Positions 58,914 to 64,000 of a stretch of DNA of 64,000 nucleotides are shown here, piece by piece. Every line of letters starts with the position of its first letter. Position 1 is the first letter of the stretch. The DNA is taken from the NCBI GenBank assembly GCA_023129115.1, contig JAGMCR010000003.1:32001-96000 (forward strand), given 5' to 3'. A model generated the notes under the pieces. It searched no databases and was not told the origin of the DNA. It was given only the letters and a program-made list of their open reading frames with translations. This DNA comes from Candidatus Iainarchaeum sp. GTDB lineage: Archaea; B1Sed10-29; WALL01. Position numbers and translations under genes: made by a program.

Positions 58914-59939
58914 GTGGCAGTGGAAAAGCTAATCAAGTACTTGGGCGCGAAGTACGACGAGACCAAGCTAGTGCCCCCAACGACCATGAAGTCGACCGAG
59001 AGCAGGGAGTACAAGCTTTATCCGCTTGGCGCGGAGAGCTTTGTTAATTATGAGCCCAAGGAAATAAGGGGAAAGTTCACTGTGCTCGCCGTGGACAGCG
59101 GGAGCACGGCGCTGTTCGACACGCCGTACTGGGGGGTTGGCCTGCTGAAGCTCAAGGCGAGGCTGATTGAGTTTGACCCCGCGAGGAAGCGGGCGGACAC
59201 AATAAATCAGGACTCGAGCGAGCGGTTCTGCTTGTTTCTCGAGGACGACGGCGACGGGGGGGACATTGTTACGCGGGAGTTCTGGGAGAAAGGAAATTAC
59301 CTGAAGAGGGAGGAAATGGGCTTTGTGCGCGAGCAGCTCGGGAAGAATTGGCTTGGGGACGAAGACCTGCTCTTGATTGACGGCGCGCTTAGCATCCAGA
59401 CCGCGTACGAAAAGGAAATTGTTAGGGCACACCCAAATGTTGTTGGCGTGAGCAAGCGCAGTGGGCTTCGGATTAACCGGTATTCTGCGTCGAGCTTTTT
59501 GATGATGCAGGCGGTCCAGCACGGCAAGTCGGCAAGGCCGTGGTTCTGCCACCCGCTTGTGAAGGAGTACCCCGGGAAAGAGCCGGTCGCGGAAGTCATG
59601 TTCGCGTCGTTCACTCCCAACAGCAGGTATGCGTTTAGGGTCGACTTTCCGTTCCAAATAACTGAGCTGAACCCCAGCGAGCAAGAGAAGAGGATTGCGG
59701 GGGAATTGTCGAAGATTGGCTTGTTTTCGCTGGACCCGAAGTACCGGGGGTACCCCTATCCTTTGGGCGCGGTGCACACTGACTCGGTCACGCGGCCCAT
59801 TGACCGGGACCGGGCGCGGGTTTTCGTGCAGCAGACGCTCGAGGAAGCGGATTTGCCTGGTGAGGCGTATGAGTTGATAAAGAAAGACATCGAAAATGAA
59901 TACTGGTACGACAAGTTTCGGAAGAGGAGCAATAAATGA
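58914..59939 (+). CDS. nurA: NurA-family nuclease (divergent)
   Basis: VLAVDSGS, REE, LLIDGAL, VGVSKRS, GYPYPLGAVH, in NurA motif order. Confidence 0.8.
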   Translation: MAVEKLIKYLGAKYDETKLVPPTTMKSTESREYKLYPLGAESFVNYEPKEIRGKFTVLAVDSGSTALFDTPYWGVGLLKLKARLIEFDPARKRADTINQDSSERFCLFLEDDGDGGDIVTREFWEKGNYLKREEMGFVREQLGKNWLGDEDLLLIDGALSIQTAYEKEIVRAHPNVVGVSKRSGLRINRYSASSFLMMQAVQHGKSARPWFCHPLVKEYPGKEPVAEVMFASFTPNSRYAFRVDFPFQITELNPSEQEKRIAGELSKIGLFSLDPKYRGYPYPLGAVHTDSVTRPIDRDRARVFVQQTLEEADLPGEAYELIKKDIENEYWYDKFRKRSNK

Positions 59940-60373
59940 AAGGCGGAGAACCGGTGTGGCACGGTACAGTCAAGGGCCGAAGGGGGAAAATGAAAATAAA
60001 AGTGGTTCGCACGCGAGTTAAAGCAAAAGAGACATTTGACGACCACGAACACTTCAAGTTGGTGGTAACTAGGCTAAGAGGGGAAAAAATACTCGCGACA
60101 GCAGAATATGGCTACAATCCAATCAACGCATATTTGTCAGATTTTGATGTCACAAAAAACTGCCGGGGTAGGGGGATTGGCACCAAGCTCTGCAGGCTCG
60201 CTGTCGAGCATATTGAAGAAGTGATGGAAACGCGACCGCCGGCGCAACTGGGGATATTCGCCCCCCTCCACCCAACTGAAGAAATGGTGGAAGTGCTATC
60301 AAGAATACTTGGTAAACACGGCTTCAGGCCAGAGGATTATGGCTGGAGAAAGCCGGCTAAAGACGAGGAATAA
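59936..60373 (+). CDS. GNAT-family acetyltransferase (alternative start 59990)
   Basis: Motif A LSDFDV..CRGRGIGTKL; C-terminal KHGF. Confidence 0.7.
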   Translation: MKGGEPVWHGTVKGRRGKMKIKVVRTRVKAKETFDDHEHFKLVVTRLRGEKILATAEYGYNPINAYLSDFDVTKNCRGRGIGTKLCRLAVEHIEEVMETRPPAQLGIFAPLHPTEEMVEVLSRILGKHGFRPEDYGWRKPAKDEE

Positions 60374-60375
60374 AC

Positions 60376-61938
60376 ATGAAGGTCGGGAAAGTCGATTACT
60401 TCGACGGTGACAAGAGGAAAGTATATTTTTTTGTAGAGGGAATGGTCGAGGAAGAGGGCTTCTACAAAATCCGGAGCGACGGCAAAGTGTTCTACATATT
60501 CGTGACCAGCCTGAGTGAGGTGCCGATGGACTCTGCGCTGCGGGCTAGGTACAGCGAGGAGGACTACTCGTTCGACCAGGAGGAACGGTACTTGATGTAC
60601 GCCACGGCGAGCGTGCTGATGGAGTACCGCGTGGACGGCGGGCGGAAGATTGTTGGGTACAAGACCATTCCGAGGCACAACGACGCGGTCGAGCTGCTGG
60701 AGCACGACGACTTCGACGTCCTGGGCCTGCCGAAGCTGGACTTCGCGTACGTGAGGAGCGGGAGCGAAAAGCTGGACACGACCGTGGGGTTCGACAGGAA
60801 GGCGTACATAACGCACTGGCTGCTGTGCGGGTGGACGAACAGCGGGAAAACCAATGCCGCGAAGGTCTTGCTGAACGTTACGCTGAAGGGCGACGGCGAG
60901 CCGTTCGCCGGCGGCATAATCATTGACCCGCACGGCGAGTATTATGGCGATTTAAAGCACTTCAACCAGGTCGGCGCGCCAAGGGTTTTTCATTATACTG
61001 TGGGGGCAAACGCGGGCGACCCGCACGAAAAGGAATTGGAAGTGTCGTTCTACAATATTTACCCTGGCTACCTCATGGAGGTGTACGACTTCAGGGAGGA
61101 CACACAGCTGAGCTTCATGAACATCTGCCGCAGGCAGAAGGGCGGGAAGTGGATTCCGTACATCATGAACAACGAGGCGGAAGGAATGAAGGCTGGGCTC
61201 GTCGGCGCCGACAGGATTCCAGGAATTGACCTGATAATCGGCGCGACGAGGGGGCGTGTCAGCAGCATTTTCCGCGATGACGACATCTGGGTCAAGGAGC
61301 CGAACGGGTTCCTGAACAGCGTGATGGACGGGGTCGCGCGCGGGAACTGGTACATTATCGATGTTTCCGCTGTTGGGAACAAAAGCGCAAAGATTGTGAC
61401 GAGCATGCTGGCGCGGTCAATGTTCAGGAAGTACAAGCACGCATGCACCAAAAAGAAAAAGGAGTGGGAAAAGTACAAGCCCGCCGGGATATTGGTCGAG
61501 GAGGCGCACAACTACCTGTCGCCTGAAGAGACGAGCAAGGGCAACATCATCGCCAAGATTGCGAAGGAGGGCAGGAAGTTCAAGGTGTTCACAATCATTG
61601 TCGAGCAGGACCCAAGCGGAATCGACCAGCGGATACTGAAGCAGGTGCACAACAAAGTTATTTTGCAGCTGATTCCGAAGGACGCGAGGGCGATTTGCGA
61701 GACAACGCCGTACGTGGCAGAGCTCGAGAAGAAGATTCCGTACTATAGCATTGGGGAAGGCGTGTTCGTGTCGACGGGCTCGTTCAACTTCGCGCTGCCA
61801 GTCAAGTTCCCGACCGTGGGGGAGTGGGTCGAGGGCAACGGCGGCAAGTGCAGGAAGTGCGGAAAGCCCACCATGGGCAAGGAATGCGTGGAATGCCAAG
61901 TCTCTGGCGCCACGCGGGACGCCGCGGCTTTTCTCTAG
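60376..61938 (+). CDS. herA: HerA-family ATPase with C-terminal Zn ribbon
   Basis: Walker A GWTNSGKT, IIDPHGEY, Walker B ILVEEAHNY, AKEGRKF, EQDP; C-terminal CRKC..CVEC. Confidence 0.88.
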   Translation: MKVGKVDYFDGDKRKVYFFVEGMVEEEGFYKIRSDGKVFYIFVTSLSEVPMDSALRARYSEEDYSFDQEERYLMYATASVLMEYRVDGGRKIVGYKTIPRHNDAVELLEHDDFDVLGLPKLDFAYVRSGSEKLDTTVGFDRKAYITHWLLCGWTNSGKTNAAKVLLNVTLKGDGEPFAGGIIIDPHGEYYGDLKHFNQVGAPRVFHYTVGANAGDPHEKELEVSFYNIYPGYLMEVYDFREDTQLSFMNICRRQKGGKWIPYIMNNEAEGMKAGLVGADRIPGIDLIIGATRGRVSSIFRDDDIWVKEPNGFLNSVMDGVARGNWYIIDVSAVGNKSAKIVTSMLARSMFRKYKHACTKKKKEWEKYKPAGILVEEAHNYLSPEETSKGNIIAKIAKEGRKFKVFTIIVEQDPSGIDQRILKQVHNKVILQLIPKDARAICETTPYVAELEKKIPYYSIGEGVFVSTGSFNFALPVKFPTVGEWVEGNGGKCRKCGKPTMGKECVECQVSGATRDAAAFL

Positions 61939-62000
61939 CCCCAAACCCCAACGCTTATAAAGGGCTTGTTTTACAATTGAATCGCTTTCGGGGTGAGCAT

Positions 62001-62165
62001 ATGGAATACACGAGGTTTGAGGAAGCCAGGATACTGGGCGCGAGGGCGCTGCAGCTCGCGATGGGCGCGCCGCCGCTCGTAAAGCCAAAGGATGGGATGA
62101 GCCCCCTAAAGCTGGCGACTTCCGAGCTGGAGGGCGGGAAAATCCCGATAACTGTCATAAAGTGA
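62001..62165 (+). CDS. rpoK: RNA polymerase subunit K (Rpo6)
   Basis: TRFEEARILGARALQLAMGAP, IPITV. Confidence 0.95.
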   Translation: MEYTRFEEARILGARALQLAMGAPPLVKPKDGMSPLKLATSELEGGKIPITVIK

Positions 62166-62170
62166 TGTCC

Positions 62171-62374
62171 ATGGGCAAGCAGACGACCGGCATACTCAAA
62201 AAGAAGGCGGAAAAGCTGTACTCGATGTACCCAATCGAGTTCGGCAACGACTTCGAGAAAAACAAGGAGATACTCAACTCGACCGGCCTGTTCGACTACT
62301 CCAAAAGCGACCGGAACATCGTCGCCGGCTACATCTCCCGGCTCGCCACCGAGCAAATTAAGAAAGAAGACTGA
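62171..62374 (+). CDS. rps17e: 30S ribosomal protein S17e
   Basis: MG....LK..A..L, DFEKNK, RNIVAGYI. Confidence 0.9.
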   Translation: MGKQTTGILKKKAEKLYSMYPIEFGNDFEKNKEILNSTGLFDYSKSDRNIVAGYISRLATEQIKKED

Positions 62375-62377
62375 GCC

Positions 62378-63079
62378 ATGATTTCCGTTGTCGTGCCTGC
62401 ATATAACGAGCGGAAAACTATTTCTAAATGCCTTTCGGCGATACATCCACAGGACTGCGAGCTGATTGTTGTTGCGGGTGGGAGCGATGGGACTGCGAAG
62501 GTCGCGAAGAAGTACGGCAGGGTAATCAAGGACACTAAATGCATCGGCGCTGGCGCGGCGAGGAACATTGGCGCTGCGGCGGCAAAGGGGAGCGTTGTGC
62601 TGTTCACGGACGGCGACACGGTCGTGCCGCCGGGCTGGGTTGAGGCGTACAGGGAAGTGTTCAGGGACAAGCAGGTCGTGGCCGCGGGCGGGGTTGTTGA
62701 GCCGCTCGGTGGGGGCGTCGTGGACGGCTTTGTCTTCAAGCTCAACCAGGACTGGCTCTACCGGTTCACTGCGGTGTTTGGGCTCTACCAATTAAGTGGG
62801 AACAACTGCGGCTACCGGAAGAATGAATTCCTCGCGGAAAAAGGGTTCGATGAGGGAATGAGCATGTTGGAGGACACCGAGCTCCCCATGCGCATGAAAA
62901 AGCGGGGAAAAGTGGTTGTGGACAGGGGGATTTGCGTGCGGACTTCGCCGCGTAGGATGCGGGAGAATGGGTATCTGGCTACGGGGATTGGCTTCGTGAA
63001 GGAGTACTTCAGCTGGCTTGTGCTCGGCAGGAAGCCGAGGCGGGGGTACTTCGCCAGCGCAAAGGCGAAAAGTTATTAA
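62378..63079 (+). CDS. Glycosyltransferase family 2
   Basis: SVVVPAYNE, ARNIG, FTDGD, EDTE, TSPRR. Confidence 0.92.
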   Translation: MISVVVPAYNERKTISKCLSAIHPQDCELIVVAGGSDGTAKVAKKYGRVIKDTKCIGAGAARNIGAAAAKGSVVLFTDGDTVVPPGWVEAYREVFRDKQVVAAGGVVEPLGGGVVDGFVFKLNQDWLYRFTAVFGLYQLSGNNCGYRKNEFLAEKGFDEGMSMLEDTELPMRMKKRGKVVVDRGICVRTSPRRMRENGYLATGIGFVKEYFSWLVLGRKPRRGYFASAKAKSY

Positions 63080-63102
63080 ACGCGCCTTCGTAGGCGTTAG
63101 GC

Positions 63103-64000
63103 ATGAGCTTCTTGCTTGAGCTGGGCCTGCTCTTGCTTGGCGCAAAGGTGCTGGGCGAGCTGGCAGAGAGGGTTCACCTCCCGAGCATACTTGGCTACAT
63201 AATGGCAGGCATATTCCTTGGGCCGGTGCACCACATTGTGCACGCGAGCCCCGAGATTTCTGTGTTCGGCCAGCTCGGCGCGCTTTTGCTGTTGTTCGTG
63301 GCGGGGCTGAAGGAAATTCGGCTCGAGGACATAGTCAAGAACAAGCTTGGGACGTTGGGGGTCTCGTTCTTGGGCTATTTGTTCCCGTTCATCGCAATTT
63401 TGTTCGTTGCTTCGAACGTTGGGGTGATAGTGCCGGGGATGGAGCTGGGCTTCAATGAGCTCTTGCTCATCGCCGCCGCGCTCTCGACGTCGTCCATCAT
63501 AACAACGATTAAGACGCTGATTGACCTTGACCTGCTGCACGCGGAGGGCAGCCGGCTGCTGCTTGGCTCATCCATAGTCGACTCGTTCATAGGGCTGTTC
63601 GTCTTCACGATTGTCATAACGTTTGCCACGCTGACGTTCGCCAACATGCCCCGTGCCCTTGGGGTGATTGCGCTGACAGTGGCGTTCTTCCTCATATTCT
63701 ACCTGGCCTCACGGGCAATCCCGAGGATAATCGCGGAAAGCCGGTTCCTCGAGGTCGAGGAGGCCCAGTTCACCATGGTGTTTGTGGTTATGCTTGGGCT
63801 GGTATACCTCGCTGAAGTGATTGGGCTGAACGGCATAATCGGCGCGTTCTTCGCGGGCGTTATTATTTCGAAGACCCAGCTCAGGGAAAACGTGTTCTAC
63901 GAAAAGATTGCTTCCCTTACGTATGGCATATTTGTTCCCATTTTCTTCGCGTGGGTGGGCCTCATGACCGGGCTGTTTTCCATAGAGTTCGTGCTTGTGC
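63103..64000 (+). CDS. Cation:proton antiporter (CPA2-like), truncated by the window end
   Basis: LPSILGYIMAGIFLGP, LLFVAGL, STSS, IVD, IIGAFFAG. Confidence 0.88.
   Translation, partial: MSFLLELGLLLLGAKVLGELAERVHLPSILGYIMAGIFLGPVHHIVHASPEISVFGQLGALLLLFVAGLKEIRLEDIVKNKLGTLGVSFLGYLFPFIAILFVASNVGVIVPGMELGFNELLLIAAALSTSSIITTIKTLIDLDLLHAEGSRLLLGSSIVDSFIGLFVFTIVITFATLTFANMPRALGVIALTVAFFLIFYLASRAIPRIIAESRFLEVEEAQFTMVFVVMLGLVYLAEVIGLNGIIGAFFAGVIISKTQLRENVFYEKIASLTYGIFVPIFFAWVGLMTGLFSIEFVLV

Overview
This is a gene-dense, GC-rich archaeal chromosomal segment. Archaeal markers include RadA, RPA, GGGP synthase, an A/V-type ATPase, SRP54/FtsY, aIF6, eL/eS ribosomal proteins, Rpo6 and archaeal DnaG. A DPANN-like lineage is plausible but is only an inference. 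Main blocks in order: (1) a signalling locus of a membrane-anchored, circularly permuted metallo-beta-lactamase-fold protein, a HAMP histidine kinase, a stand-alone receiver and a convergent V4R protein; (2) rpa-radA-radC and lemA-htpX; (3) a ~17.6 kb de novo purine cluster (purA, purN, folD, purF, D, E, B, M, L, Q, C, guaAB, guaAA, guaB, purH) using folate-dependent bacterial-type formylation enzymes; (4) a complete A/V-ATPase operon with an NtpK-like double-hairpin c subunit; (5) the conserved rnp4-rps19e-PDCD5-rpl39e-rpl31e-aIF6-rpl18a-pfdA-ftsY-srp54-pus10 operon; (6) tRNA-Val(UAC) followed by a repeat-rich spacer and an unassigned ~196-nt structured RNA candidate, with a second candidate near 52.8 kb; (7) an orphan nurA-GNAT-herA operon; and (8) rpoK, rps17e, a GT2 glycosyltransferase and a truncated cation:proton antiporter. 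I saw no CRISPR array, rRNA, integrase or transposase. All calls come from reading motifs by eye; no database searches were run.
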